Of a DNA stretch of 64,000 nt, positions 17,973-27,297 are shown piece by piece (the first letter of the stretch is position 1; each line of letters begins with the position of its first letter). Below the pieces are notes generated by a model. The model searched no databases. It was not told the origin of the DNA and worked only from the letters and a program-made list of their open reading frames with translations. A program made the translations under genes and the position numbers. Origin of the DNA: a virus; IMG/VR virus record IMGVR_UViG_3300005573_000070. One strand, 5' to 3'.

Positions 17973-19662
17973 TTTTGTCTGCCTCCCCCTGGGAAAGCCC
18001 TAACTTGGAAACAAAAGAATGATACAAATTGACTAATTCCTTAAGTCCTTCCGTAATAATACCAATAATTCTTGTAACTTTCTCAAAGGAATCTTCTATT
18101 ATCCTTCGAGATATGATGTCTTCAATTTTCTGTACCTTTCCTTCAAAGTCGATCATCAACCGGGTCAGTTCTTCCCTTGTCTTCGCATTTCCCGAAGAAA
18201 GCTCTAACGCTTCGTCGTACAGTTCACCTAACCAACCAGGAAGTTTCTGGACTTCTGGATCTTGCCAAGATGATACTCGATCTATATAATCACGAACTTG
18301 TTCGATCGCCTTCTCAATCTGTCGTGCGATTTCGTCGAATCGTTCACGAACAGTACCCAACTGAACTAGCCGTTCCTCGAAGGCTTGGTATCCCGGTTTA
18401 CTTTTCTGTATCTTTTCCCAATCTTTGAAAGAGAAACCTTCGGGAGATATCGGCAGTTCAGTGAGGACATCGGGAGTTACTGACCGAATTTGCGGCATAT
18501 CAGGTGACGGAAACTGCTCACTCAATATTTTACGAATCTTGCGCATTTCGGTGTTAATATTTTCGCGCATTTCTTCAATTACTGGCGAAATATTAGGTAG
18601 CCCCTCACGAAGCATGGTTAATCGCTGAACAGTACCAGGAAACGTTAGTTCTTTAAGATAGTCAGATACTGTCTTTTTAATATATGACTCCATGTCAGAA
18701 GCCCCACTCCCTTCAACTAAAGATATCAACGAATCCACAGTTAAAACGCCACGAGCTATTTTGTCAAATTTATCAACTACTTGACGGACCCAATTAACAA
18801 AGTCATTATGTACCTGGATGATGGGTTTCAACTGATCAAGTTGTCCGGCAATAAGAAGGGGGTTATAAGGGCCGTATCTTTGGGGCAACTCGACCGTTTG
18901 TGCGTTTTGTCTAAACTGAGGTGTTTCCGTAAATTCCCATCGAGGGTACAATTCTTTATCCTTCTTCAACAACCCGCTACCAAATTCTGTATCTATGTGT
19001 GGACCAAAAACGTCACGACGATCTAAGTGATCCTTTGGGCCAGACAACCATTTACGTCTTAACTCAGTATCGTCCTTAGTAAAAGGATGTTCATCTCTCC
19101 GATCAGTAATTGGTATCTCTTCAACGAGCCAGCTGTTCTTAATAGAGCCCTTGTGCTTAAACCACTGAACTCTGCGTTCTTCTGACAGTACTCGTTCTTT
19201 GGACGGTTTACGAGGACCGAACCATCTAAGAACTTTTTTGGGATTAGATCTTGAAACTAAAGCCCATTCGACACGATTATGGTTTTTGTTATATCTGCGG
19301 ACCAACCTTGCTTCTTTTTTCGTCCCCTCAGTGACTATATAAATCTCAAGAAAAGAACTACCCATAATATTGTCAGAAACGTTCGGATTTTCGTAAAAGA
19401 AACGACCTAGTTTCTCCTTGTACTGACTAACGTCTATTCCGGGAGTCTTCCCGTTAACAATGATCAATTTCGTTCCATCATCAAGTTCACTAAAATAGCC
19501 TTTTGCATATATACGTTTCCCGGTCGGTAGCTCGGACGCTGTTTCTGCCGTAGCAAGGTCTGGCTCACTATTTTCGGTCTCTTTGAAAAGTAGCCAGTAC
19601 TTGACCGGCTTCATTTTGTCCAAAGGCGTGTTTAATACGTCACGAACACTTCGAGGAGCCAT
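17950..19662 (-). CDS. 570-aa hypothetical protein with coiled-coil C-terminus
   Basis: Long ORF in head-associated cluster. Confidence 0.6.
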   Translation of the reverse strand: MAPRSVRDVLNTPLDKMKPVKYWLLFKETENSEPDLATAETASELPTGKRIYAKGYFSELDDGTKLIIVNGKTPGIDVSQYKEKLGRFFYENPNVSDNIMGSSFLEIYIVTEGTKKEARLVRRYNKNHNRVEWALVSRSNPKKVLRWFGPRKPSKERVLSEERRVQWFKHKGSIKNSWLVEEIPITDRRDEHPFTKDDTELRRKWLSGPKDHLDRRDVFGPHIDTEFGSGLLKKDKELYPRWEFTETPQFRQNAQTVELPQRYGPYNPLLIAGQLDQLKPIIQVHNDFVNWVRQVVDKFDKIARGVLTVDSLISLVEGSGASDMESYIKKTVSDYLKELTFPGTVQRLTMLREGLPNISPVIEEMRENINTEMRKIRKILSEQFPSPDMPQIRSVTPDVLTELPISPEGFSFKDWEKIQKSKPGYQAFEERLVQLGTVRERFDEIARQIEKAIEQVRDYIDRVSSWQDPEVQKLPGWLGELYDEALELSSGNAKTREELTRLMIDFEGKVQKIEDIISRRIIEDSFEKVTRIIGIITEGLKELVNLYHSFVSKLGLSQGEADKNGEGTQG

Positions 19663-19684
19663 AATTAACTCCGGCGCCCGAAAA

Positions 19685-20695
19685 TTACATAGTTACTTTC
19701 GATGCTTCTTCAGCTTTCTTGGCTTGTAGTTCGGCCAATTCCTTTTGTAAATCTGCTATTTTTTCTTGCAATTCAGCAATTTGTCTCTGTTTCTCTTGAA
19801 TGTCTTCGTCCAAACCACCTTTCTTTATTGGACCAGTTTTCCCCTTACCATGATATTCGGTTGGTTTCTCTAAAGCTTTTTTAGGTAATATATCTATAGC
19901 CGCTCTTGCAGCATATTCTTCTGATTCTCCACGTTCTAACGCAGATTCCCATATGTGTTTGAACTGCCTACGGACTCTTCTTGGTACCTTTTTCTCTTTA
20001 AGAACTTTTAACCATTCTTCTAATGTTCTCCCGGCCATCTTTTGTAATGTAGCTTCTTTACGAATAGATACTTCCTCAGGAGTCAAAAATTGAGAAGTTT
20101 CCACAACACTAGCAAGTTTCTCGAACTGCGCCGGTTCTTCCTTTGCAAATTTTAACAAACTAAGAACTGTGTACCCGATAACATCTGGCAAAGCAACTTC
20201 GGGAATACTGGATCTCTTTTTGATTGGGCCATGATACTTGGTCGATTTTTCTGAAACTTTACTGAACTGCTTTTGGAACGGCTTCGTTTTTTCGAATGAT
20301 AGGAAGTATTTGTTAATATCGACTTTTTCGGCAGGTTGTGCTTCGTCAACTTTAAATTCTTTTGCTTTTTGTATGTCACCACTTTCACCTTTCGACATAT
20401 ATTTTTCAGGAAGTTTGGTATCAGTAGTTACTTTTACGTCTCCTTCACTCGGAAAACTTACTTTCTTGTCAAAAACCAGTTTCTCTCTAGTACCTGGTTC
20501 CATTACATCCTCGAGTCTGAATTTAAACTCTTCTACGGCCATTTTTTTAGTAGGATACTGGAGATCGCTTTTCATCTCTGGTTCCGATATATACTCTGAC
20601 TTGCTAGGTTTCGGCGGTTTTGGGTATTGTAACTTTTCAACTTCACCCGGAGTTATGTATTTCTCCGTATCTATTTTTACTTTTGTTGAGCTCAT
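19685..20695 (-). CDS. hypothetical protein, K/E-rich with C-terminal coiled coil
   Basis: Start reassigned to ATG 20695 (AGAGGGGG RBS). Confidence 0.6.
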   Translation of the reverse strand: MSSTKVKIDTEKYITPGEVEKLQYPKPPKPSKSEYISEPEMKSDLQYPTKKMAVEEFKFRLEDVMEPGTREKLVFDKKVSFPSEGDVKVTTDTKLPEKYMSKGESGDIQKAKEFKVDEAQPAEKVDINKYFLSFEKTKPFQKQFSKVSEKSTKYHGPIKKRSSIPEVALPDVIGYTVLSLLKFAKEEPAQFEKLASVVETSQFLTPEEVSIRKEATLQKMAGRTLEEWLKVLKEKKVPRRVRRQFKHIWESALERGESEEYAARAAIDILPKKALEKPTEYHGKGKTGPIKKGGLDEDIQEKQRQIAELQEKIADLQKELAELQAKKAEEASKVTM

Positions 20696-20712
20696 GTTTG
20701 AACCCCCTCTTT

Positions 20713-21519
20713 TTAGATAGATTTCGTTACTTGATGGACCGGTCGCCACAATTCGGGTTCATTCTTGTTCTTATTTACGTATTCGTCCCCCGTAACATCA
20801 CCCCAGTCAAACTCTTCCGGTAAAAAGTGCTCAATATAAACTTTTTCCTTCTCAGTCAACGGGAATACTATCTTCAGTTTCGTCCTTCTTCCAGACGTTC
20901 TATATATAGATACTGGTCCTTTCTGGTAAAGGAACGTCGCGGTAGATTTGTCCGGAAAATGACCAGCAAGTCGGTCTATGAAAGGACCAACATCAAGACC
21001 GTTCTGACCAGTTACGATGACCATAATTTCACCGGTATCTCTCTCAACAGCAAAAACGCCTTTCGTGTACTTAGCATCTGGCAGAAACCGTCCCAAATGG
21101 TTTACTACCATGTCCCGATGACTTATAGACGGGTCCGTTTCTATCAACAGGACGGGTTCTTTAGTTGGTAAAAGGTCATCGTAATATATAATCCAACGAC
21201 CAATATAGTCGGCGTTTCGAACATACTCGGACTGACCATGTCGACGAATTATTGGTTCGGACAACTTGGGTATTTTCTTTGACTCAATAAGAACCGTCTT
21301 GATACGATTGCCATATTTCTCTTCAACTTTTTTAAGTGCGTTTCTTAGGTACGGCTCCTCCCCGAAACCTATCAAAATATCACCTATTTTAGTAATATAT
21401 GAGGACGAATCCCAGGGAACGGGTACATAATTGTCGTCGAATAATTCAGAATATGATATCCTAAGATCTCTTACGTTTATATTTCTTGGAACTCCTACTT
21501 TCTTGTTTTGGTTTGTCAT
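20713..21519 (-). CDS. hypothetical protein
   Basis: 268-aa ORF with RBS. Confidence 0.55.
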   Translation of the reverse strand: MTNQNKKVGVPRNINVRDLRISYSELFDDNYVPVPWDSSSYITKIGDILIGFGEEPYLRNALKKVEEKYGNRIKTVLIESKKIPKLSEPIIRRHGQSEYVRNADYIGRWIIYYDDLLPTKEPVLLIETDPSISHRDMVVNHLGRFLPDAKYTKGVFAVERDTGEIMVIVTGQNGLDVGPFIDRLAGHFPDKSTATFLYQKGPVSIYRTSGRRTKLKIVFPLTEKEKVYIEHFLPEEFDWGDVTGDEYVNKNKNEPELWRPVHQVTKSI

Positions 21520-21655
21520 TGCTGCCCTCAGTGGTACTCACTCTTAAATTCATTTCGAGATGCACTAGAAAATCAGATATCTTGTACGCAATATGGATAA
21601 CTTGTGTTCGAAGTCCTAAGATAAAATCTGCCAGGACTCGTTTTACTTTTTTCAT
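21461..21655 (-). CDS. small basic hypothetical protein
   Basis: 64-aa ORF coupled in operon. Confidence 0.4.
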   Translation of the reverse strand: MKKVKRVLADFILGLRTQVIHIAYKISDFLVHLEMNLRVSTTEGSNDKPKQESRSSKKYKRKRS

Positions 21656-21663
21656 TTGACTAT

Positions 21664-21957
21664 TTATTTTATCTCAACTGGCCCTCGACCAGTGTTCGTC
21701 AGACTGGTAAAAATCAGATCAGTTATCATTTTCGCCAAGCTCTCCTCGGACAGTACCTTGGTCTTTTTACCCAAATGGTGCGACATGATTCTGATCAGAA
21801 AATGGATCATTTCCTCTGTAAACGCTAAAACTTTCTGATCAGAATCAAGTCGGGAGTCTATTTCTATTACAAACTCGTGATTTTGTTCAAAGAACTTCCC
21901 AAGTTCCTTTAACTTTCTCCGAGTCTTTAGCTCACTGAACCGAACATGCACCTTCAT
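21664..21957 (-). CDS. hypothetical protein resembling a degenerate HExxH family member
   Basis: FVIEID...EEMIH aligns by eye with YVIEID...HEFCH of 61587-61885. Confidence 0.45.
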   Translation of the reverse strand: MKVHVRFSELKTRRKLKELGKFFEQNHEFVIEIDSRLDSDQKVLAFTEEMIHFLIRIMSHHLGKKTKVLSEESLAKMITDLIFTSLTNTGRGPVEIK

Positions 21958-22337
21958 TTTTTCAGCAAGGTGGTTAAAATATTGATCAAAATATCAGCAA
22001 ACAGTCCAATAAGTACAAATATGAACTGAGTCGTCACTTTTCTCAGGAAATCAATATTGCCTTGGGCTTGTTTATCATACCTATCACGCAATTCTTTAAC
22101 ATCACAATCGTGGTTGTTTGTAATAGCCTCGACCTCAGCAAGACGTTCTCGTAACGACTCAACCTTCTCGAGACGTAAATTGATCTTTTCCAGTTCGGCA
22201 ACAAACCGCCCCTCCATGGAATCTAACCGTTTCGACATTTCCTCAAGTTTAACAACAATAACAGGAACCTGCGACAGACTTCCAAGGTCTTCTTTGCGTC
22301 GCAATTCCATTGTCATGCTTGTCTCCTTCTTTTTCAA
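21954..22337 (-). CDS. coiled-coil protein with C-terminal transmembrane helix (holin/XhlA-like candidate)
   Basis: Heptads followed by FIFVLIGLFADILINILTTLL; likely start ATG 22316. Confidence 0.5.
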   Translation of the reverse strand: MKKKETSMTMELRRKEDLGSLSQVPVIVVKLEEMSKRLDSMEGRFVAELEKINLRLEKVESLRERLAEVEAITNNHDCDVKELRDRYDKQAQGNIDFLRKVTTQFIFVLIGLFADILINILTTLLKK

Positions 22338-22397
22338 TCTAGGGCCTGGATTACAGGCCCTAGATTATGTCCTGGGATAAAGTTGAAACCTTTCGAT

Positions 22398-23183
22398 TTA
22401 GATCTTAAACCAATTAGAACCGTCACTCTGCACTCTAACAGAACCCCACTGTGTAGACAGAGATACAGACGTTGCACCATCTATAGTTTCCGACCCACTA
22501 GCAGCAACAGTTACAGCATTAGTAGAATTATCTATCTTCTTAACAACATAAACTCTGCCAGCTATTCCTGCAGCACTGGGTAAGGTTATAGTAATTGCTC
22601 CAGATGTAGCATCTCCAAGTATTGTATGGTCACCTGCAGTTGCAGTATAGTTTGCAGTTTTTGTTACAATAGGTAATGCAATTGAACCAGCAACGTGTAA
22701 TTTACTATTTGGACTTGTTGTTCCGATGCCAACATTAGTTCCGTCGTCAGAGATAACAGAATCAGCGATCGTTGATGCACCAGAAAACTTTGCAATAGTA
22801 CCAGTTGTACCGGTACCACTAATATTACCTGCTGCTGCGATCGCTACTTTCTCTATTCCACCAGTACCAGTTTGTTTCGATATCGTTACGTTATCCCCTG
22901 CTACAACCTTGTTAAGTAAATAATCAAAGCTCGTGTCGGTACTTGATACCTTAACAAGACCACGACCATGTTCGGACGCGTCAACATCAATTCCGGTTGC
23001 TTGTTCATAAGGTTCCTCGTCTGTTACTCTTACTAACTTACCACTTCCTATGAGAGATAGTATGCCTGGTGATTTTTCAATATCTTCGTCAAATAGCACG
23101 ACAGTCTCGTTTGGTCCTATAGTTGTTCCTTTCCCGTTAATGGTAATCATGATTGGGTTCGAAGAGTTGTTTCTTAGTTTCAT
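22398..23183 (-). CDS. head or tail fibre / decoration protein
   Basis: GIGTTSP..KLHV repeat, G/T/A-rich, C-terminal TITLPSAA..GR.Y.VKK.D...SDGSNW; N-terminus resembles 25134..25610. Confidence 0.7.
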   Translation of the reverse strand: MKLRNNSSNPIMITINGKGTTIGPNETVVLFDEDIEKSPGILSLIGSGKLVRVTDEEPYEQATGIDVDASEHGRGLVKVSSTDTSFDYLLNKVVAGDNVTISKQTGTGGIEKVAIAAAGNISGTGTTGTIAKFSGASTIADSVISDDGTNVGIGTTSPNSKLHVAGSIALPIVTKTANYTATAGDHTILGDATSGAITITLPSAAGIAGRVYVVKKIDNSTNAVTVAASGSETIDGATSVSLSTQWGSVRVQSDGSNWFKI

Positions 23184-23196
23184 CTTTTGGCCTCCT

Positions 23197-23739
23197 TTAA
23201 CTAAGTTTGTTAATAATTTCTTTCAGGGTTCTGAGATGCTTTTCCTCGTCCCGAATTATTTCCTCTATTTTCTCCTTAATTTCAGGATCATCTATTGTGT
23301 CTAACAATCGGCGATACTCTGAAATTCCGCTTTCCTCTTCTTGCATGAATTCTACAATATCATGCTTAAAAACAGATCGCCTCAACCATTTCGCACTAAC
23401 CGATTTTTGGGGGACCATCTCAATAATAAAATACCTAAACTTCGCGTTTTTGATCTCGTCTTCGGTAAACTCGCGAGCTACGTCTACTCTAAACTGGGGT
23501 ACCGCGACGAATAATTTAACGGCTGGTGTCAAGGTAATATTTGCCCTGTTAAACGAGATTTCCTTACCAAACTTCGCGCTTAGCAACTTCGCAGTCGCCT
23601 CATGTCCAACATAGCTCTCAAAATCATCCCCTAATTCACGATTAAACGTTTCCTCATTTACCTCTCTGACGCGCAAATTCGCTTCTTCTGAAGCTGGCAG
23701 CATACTGATACTGAAAGTAGTAGTTATAACGTTTTTCAT
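23197..23739 (-). CDS. acrIII-1: AcrIII-1 (DUF1874) ring-nuclease domain fused to ferritin/rubrerythrin-like domain
   Basis: FSISML, SYVGHEATAKLL, NRANITL, QFR match DUF1874; C-terminal EEE.GI..Y...DEEKH; start ATG 23739 (GGAGGT RBS). Confidence 0.82.
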   Translation of the reverse strand: MKNVITTTFSISMLPASEEANLRVREVNEETFNRELGDDFESYVGHEATAKLLSAKFGKEISFNRANITLTPAVKLFVAVPQFRVDVAREFTEDEIKNAKFRYFIIEMVPQKSVSAKWLRRSVFKHDIVEFMQEEESGISEYRRLLDTIDDPEIKEKIEEIIRDEEKHLRTLKEIINKLS

Positions 23740-23740
23740 G

Positions 23741-24502
23741 CTACCTCCCAGTAACGTTAAATATATCAAGTATGTTCAACAACTGAGCTGTCATTTTGCC
23801 GCCTAAAGATAATGGAATTGGTATAGAACCAAAACCAGATCCCATTGGTGTATAGTTCCATTTATATGGTAAAATATATTTGTCAACAAAAGCGTTTATC
23901 ATATCAATAGCCGTCTTGATTTTTGATCCACGATCTATAGACAAAGACAAACCGTTATCGGAGTATGACAAATCTGTAATAGCCACCGGTACATATTTCT
24001 GAACCAGGGCAAACATTGCGGACATCATTAAAACTAATGGTTCCAAATCAGGAGGTAAATTAGCAATAGTAAAACTAGTCTGGGGCGGATACAAATTAAA
24101 GGCCCTTAACCCTAACCATAACCCGGCCTGTATATCTTCCTCGGACAACATCGCTGACAAAAATGGGGACAACATCTTGCGCAATGAAGTGCATAAACGC
24201 AACTCTTTTGGCGACAAATGGGTGTACGCGAGATAGTAAGTGGTTTCCGAACCGTCCGATCTTACGAACCTGATCAAATAATGGTACCCATCCTTTGACG
24301 AGACTGGTACCTGAGTATCTTCGTACTCAGTCTGGTTCAGAGGTATAGGAGTACTATTTAACTTGACATAATCGCCTTCCTCGGACTGGCTCCTGTACAA
24401 GTTCACACCAACATAAGGATCGGGTTGACCTTGAGCTCTGGCCTGATCTATTTCTTCTTGTATTTCTGGAGGTATGTACCAGTAAACAATGGTATTAAAC
24501 AT
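23741..24502 (-). CDS. putative head-tail adaptor
   Basis: Fn3-like N-terminus, LSYSDNGLSLSIDR segment; located after capsid genes. Confidence 0.55.
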   Translation of the reverse strand: MFNTIVYWYIPPEIQEEIDQARAQGQPDPYVGVNLYRSQSEEGDYVKLNSTPIPLNQTEYEDTQVPVSSKDGYHYLIRFVRSDGSETTYYLAYTHLSPKELRLCTSLRKMLSPFLSAMLSEEDIQAGLWLGLRAFNLYPPQTSFTIANLPPDLEPLVLMMSAMFALVQKYVPVAITDLSYSDNGLSLSIDRGSKIKTAIDMINAFVDKYILPYKWNYTPMGSGFGSIPIPLSLGGKMTAQLLNILDIFNVTGR

Positions 24503-24503
24503 A

Positions 24504-24944
24504 TTACTTATTAATCACTTTAACTAAAATTGCAAATCCGCGTTCTGTTTCTACACCACAAACTTTTTGCCAGCGCTGCTTCTCGGGGTTCCATGCCATC
24601 AGTTGTAAATGCCTCTCTTTTTCGTCTTTCTCTATTTCTGGTAAGACACCATAAGGGTACACCCTAACATCTTGCTGAATGTTACCAACCTCCACCGTGA
24701 GGACGTACTCTTTATTTGGGTCGAGTTCGTTTTCTTCGTGGTTGATCAAACATACTTCAGTATTATCCGGGACTGTCAAAGTCTCATCAGTTACCTCTTG
24801 TATAGAACCGGCTATTCTTGCTTTTAAAACTTTACCTTCACGATGAATCTTGACTTTTTTTTGATCTTCGGGCGGTACGTTCTTCTTATCCCATAACAAT
24901 ATTATGTTTTCTTTTGACCGCCTACATACCCGTGCGTTTAACAT
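24504..24944 (-). CDS. hypothetical virion-module protein
   Basis: 146-aa ORF with GGAGG RBS. Confidence 0.55.
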   Translation of the reverse strand: MLNARVCRRSKENIILLWDKKNVPPEDQKKVKIHREGKVLKARIAGSIQEVTDETLTVPDNTEVCLINHEENELDPNKEYVLTVEVGNIQQDVRVYPYGVLPEIEKDEKERHLQLMAWNPEKQRWQKVCGVETERGFAILVKVINK

Positions 24945-24948
24945 AACC

Positions 24949-25140
24949 TTATCCTCCCTCTTCCTCGATCTCTTTTATTCGTTGTAATATCAAGTTTCGA
25001 CATACAATTCGTTTTTCGAGTGTTAAAATGTTAGTAAGAAGTACCTTATCGTGCACGTTTACCAAAAAATATTTCATAGAACTAACGTTTGGAAGTAAAA
25101 ACCACTTTTCGATAAGATCCGCGTTTAATAATCTTAACTT
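24949..25140 (-). CDS. -1 frame C-terminal extension of 25134..25610
   Basis: Open frame KLRLLNADLIEKWFLLP...RIKEIEEEGG* reached by a -1 slip at A9 (25139-25147). Confidence 0.55.
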   Translation of the reverse strand, partial: KLRLLNADLIEKWFLLPNVSSMKYFLVNVHDKVLLTNILTLEKRIVCRNLILQRIKEIEEEGG

Positions 25141-25610
25141 TTTTTTTGCACAGGAGTTCCGGTTCCTGATTCCGTTAAACTTTCTAACTCTTTCTTAAGA
25201 TCTCCAAGGTCCTGTTCAACGACAACATTTACCGGTTTAACCTCTTTAACAACGGGACTTTCCGCTGATGTAGTAACAATCGAAGGAGTATCAGTAACAA
25301 CAGGAGAATCCTGAGTACCTACAAAAGGGATCGCGTGCTGTGGTTCCGGGAAAACCTCGGGTTCTTCGGTTTCCTTAGGAAGCGTTGAAGCAACAACATT
25401 CTCGTTTTTAGCACTTTCTTTGACCGACTCTTCTTTTTCTGATTTGGTTTCAGTTTCGGTCTCTTCTTTGATAACTAACGACCCTTTTTCGACAAAACTT
25501 TTAATTCGTGGGTCATTTTCCATTTCGGAAGTATACAAAGTACCATCCTTTGGGATGTAAAACTTCCCTATAATGATACCATTCCCCTTGGTGTAATAGA
25601 TCTTTTTCAT
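25134..25610 (-). CDS. putative capsid-associated protein with low-complexity linker
   Basis: 158 aa ending in an A9 tract. Confidence 0.55.
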   Translation of the reverse strand: MKKIYYTKGNGIIIGKFYIPKDGTLYTSEMENDPRIKSFVEKGSLVIKEETETETKSEKEESVKESAKNENVVASTLPKETEEPEVFPEPQHAIPFVGTQDSPVVTDTPSIVTTSAESPVVKEVKPVNVVVEQDLGDLKKELESLTESGTGTPVQKKS

Positions 25611-25615
25611 ATTCG

Positions 25616-26029
25616 TTATCCCTCCTTTTTCGCTTTAATGACCTGACCCTTGATCTTGGTCGGTCTCTTGGCTTCAAGCAATGGGTACATAAGTTTGAGG
25701 CGAAGGCCTCGTTTTTTGACCTCTTCTAAAGTAGGAACATAATTTTCTATAAAGACATAATCATTTAAGGCTTGGACCTCGTAAACTGTAGTACACTGGT
25801 CAAGAATAGACTGAATTTGGTCAATCTTTTCCTGGGTCATCAGGGGCTTGATATTATGTACCTGACAATATTCTCGTTCCGCCTTGATACAGGAAAGGAG
25901 GTTGTCAAGGAAAACGTTCTTGAGATGATTTAATGCGGCTGTTCTGTACTCAAAATAGAGAAGAGGAATAAGGTTTGGAAACTTGATGCTATGCTCGTTA
26001 GTTTTATTATTTCCGTTATCCTCGGTCAT
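25616..26029 (-). CDS. hypothetical protein
   Basis: 137-aa ORF with GAGG RBS. Confidence 0.55.
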   Translation of the reverse strand: MTEDNGNNKTNEHSIKFPNLIPLLYFEYRTAALNHLKNVFLDNLLSCIKAEREYCQVHNIKPLMTQEKIDQIQSILDQCTTVYEVQALNDYVFIENYVPTLEEVKKRGLRLKLMYPLLEAKRPTKIKGQVIKAKKEG

Positions 26030-26039
26030 TTTATTAACC

Positions 26040-26153
26040 TCTTTAAAAAATAAGGCCCGCCAAGCCTATCTTTTCAGGCAAACGTCCCTTTGCAGGGCGG
26101 TGTCGCGGGCCACAAACCTGTTCTAGAGGCCCCTATGAGCCGCGTTTCAGGCG
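26040..26153 (-). ncRNA. candidate structured RNA or multi-stem terminator downstream of the major capsid gene
   Basis: GGCCCGC/GCGGGCC closing stem enclosing CCCT-GCAA-AGGG and GCCT..AGGC, followed by TTATTTTTT. Confidence 0.35.
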
Positions 26154-26297
26154 GTGGTCTGGTCCAATAACGGACCCTAATGACCCCAAAGGGGCCTCTT
26201 GAGTTTAATTTAACCCCTTATTCAGACGGTCTGGTCCAATAAACGGACCTTCTCAGGACAAATAACCTGAGGTAAGGCTAGACCCTAGCCCATAATA
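26154..26297 (-). mobile_element. two tandem miniature-element right-end copies (26154-26178 and 26226-26297)
   Basis: ggtccgttattggaccagaccac, plus a three-hairpin copy directly after the MCP stop. Confidence 0.8.
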
Positions 26298-26302
26298 TAA
26301 CC

Positions 26303-27223
26303 TTATCCGGTTATGTCTAATCTTGCAACACCAGCAGTGTTGTGAATACCCATACCGATTTGTTCCCAGGCAACGATATCAAACTGCTGCTGCGGAACAT
26401 TGTCCCATATCTTAATTTCAACAGCTTTCCTTTCTGGGAGCCTTCCAAGTTTGTCTGGTGTTGTTACACAGTAAATATATCCTTCTTCTAATTTGGTTGC
26501 AAGGATCAGTCTTACCCCGTGTAATACACCAAATTGGCCGGTCTCAATTATTACGTTTAATGAGACCTGATCTAAGTCTTTGGCGTCCCAGCTAAGGACG
26601 TCTTCATAGTATGCGGGATTCATTAAATATGCGAAAGGAACGAGTTGCATTTTAGCGATGGTCGCATATAATTTTGCGAAAGCACTTCTCGCTAAAGGTC
26701 TTGTAACATCAACAGGGATATTTGGACTAACATCAGAAGCTTTTTTGACTAGTTTGAAGATTTCCAAATCTTCTGCTATTGCTACTGCTATAGCTGTTCT
26801 TTCTTTTGCTCTGTCAAATACAGGGTATCTTCTGATTGTTATCTCTTCCCATTTTATGGTTTCGTTGACTGAAATTGGGAAGGTTGGGAACTCAACCCTT
26901 TTTACGTTTGTTTCAACGATAGGTGCTGTACCCCTTGCTGCAATTTTTACAGCACCATACTCAGGAATATCGAGATCGTATACTGGAATCTCGCCCTGAG
27001 GAAGCTCGTCAACAAGTAGCAGTTTTCTACCAACTGCTACGTAATCCAGCCTGTTCTTTAAAGGTGTTTGCATCACGAAAGCTACCCTTTTTGCCCAGTT
27101 TGGAGAAGCAAGCAATTTTGCCCACGCTTGCTCTGCAATTTCTGGACTTACGGGAACAGTTTCGGAAGCTGCTTTCTTTACAAAAGATGAACCTGACCAA
27201 ACTTGTTCAAAATTTGCAGGCAT
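26303..27223 (-). CDS. major capsid protein (HK97-fold)
   Basis: 306 aa after protease and decoration genes; DELPQG..PVYD, FDRAK....AED, G.LHG patterns. Confidence 0.8.
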   Translation of the reverse strand: MPANFEQVWSGSSFVKKAASETVPVSPEIAEQAWAKLLASPNWAKRVAFVMQTPLKNRLDYVAVGRKLLLVDELPQGEIPVYDLDIPEYGAVKIAARGTAPIVETNVKRVEFPTFPISVNETIKWEEITIRRYPVFDRAKERTAIAVAIAEDLEIFKLVKKASDVSPNIPVDVTRPLARSAFAKLYATIAKMQLVPFAYLMNPAYYEDVLSWDAKDLDQVSLNVIIETGQFGVLHGVRLILATKLEEGYIYCVTTPDKLGRLPERKAVEIKIWDNVPQQQFDIVAWEQIGMGIHNTAGVARLDITG

Positions 27224-27297
27224 TTTCGGACACCTCCGACTCCTAAAATCTTTATCATACCTTCTTCGGGATCAACTCGTGTTCAGCTAGTTTAAAT

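Noticed and set aside
20731-20749. ggaccggtcgccac as another element right end
   Set aside because: No left arm of the hairpin; too degenerate to count.
26040-26153. Hammerhead ribozyme or c-di-GMP riboswitch
   Set aside because: Core consensus (CUGANGA/GAAA, or GEMM GGCAAAC..GACGCAAAG) not matched.
26303-27223. Encapsulin instead of phage capsid
   Set aside because: Sits with terminase, portal, protease and tail genes.
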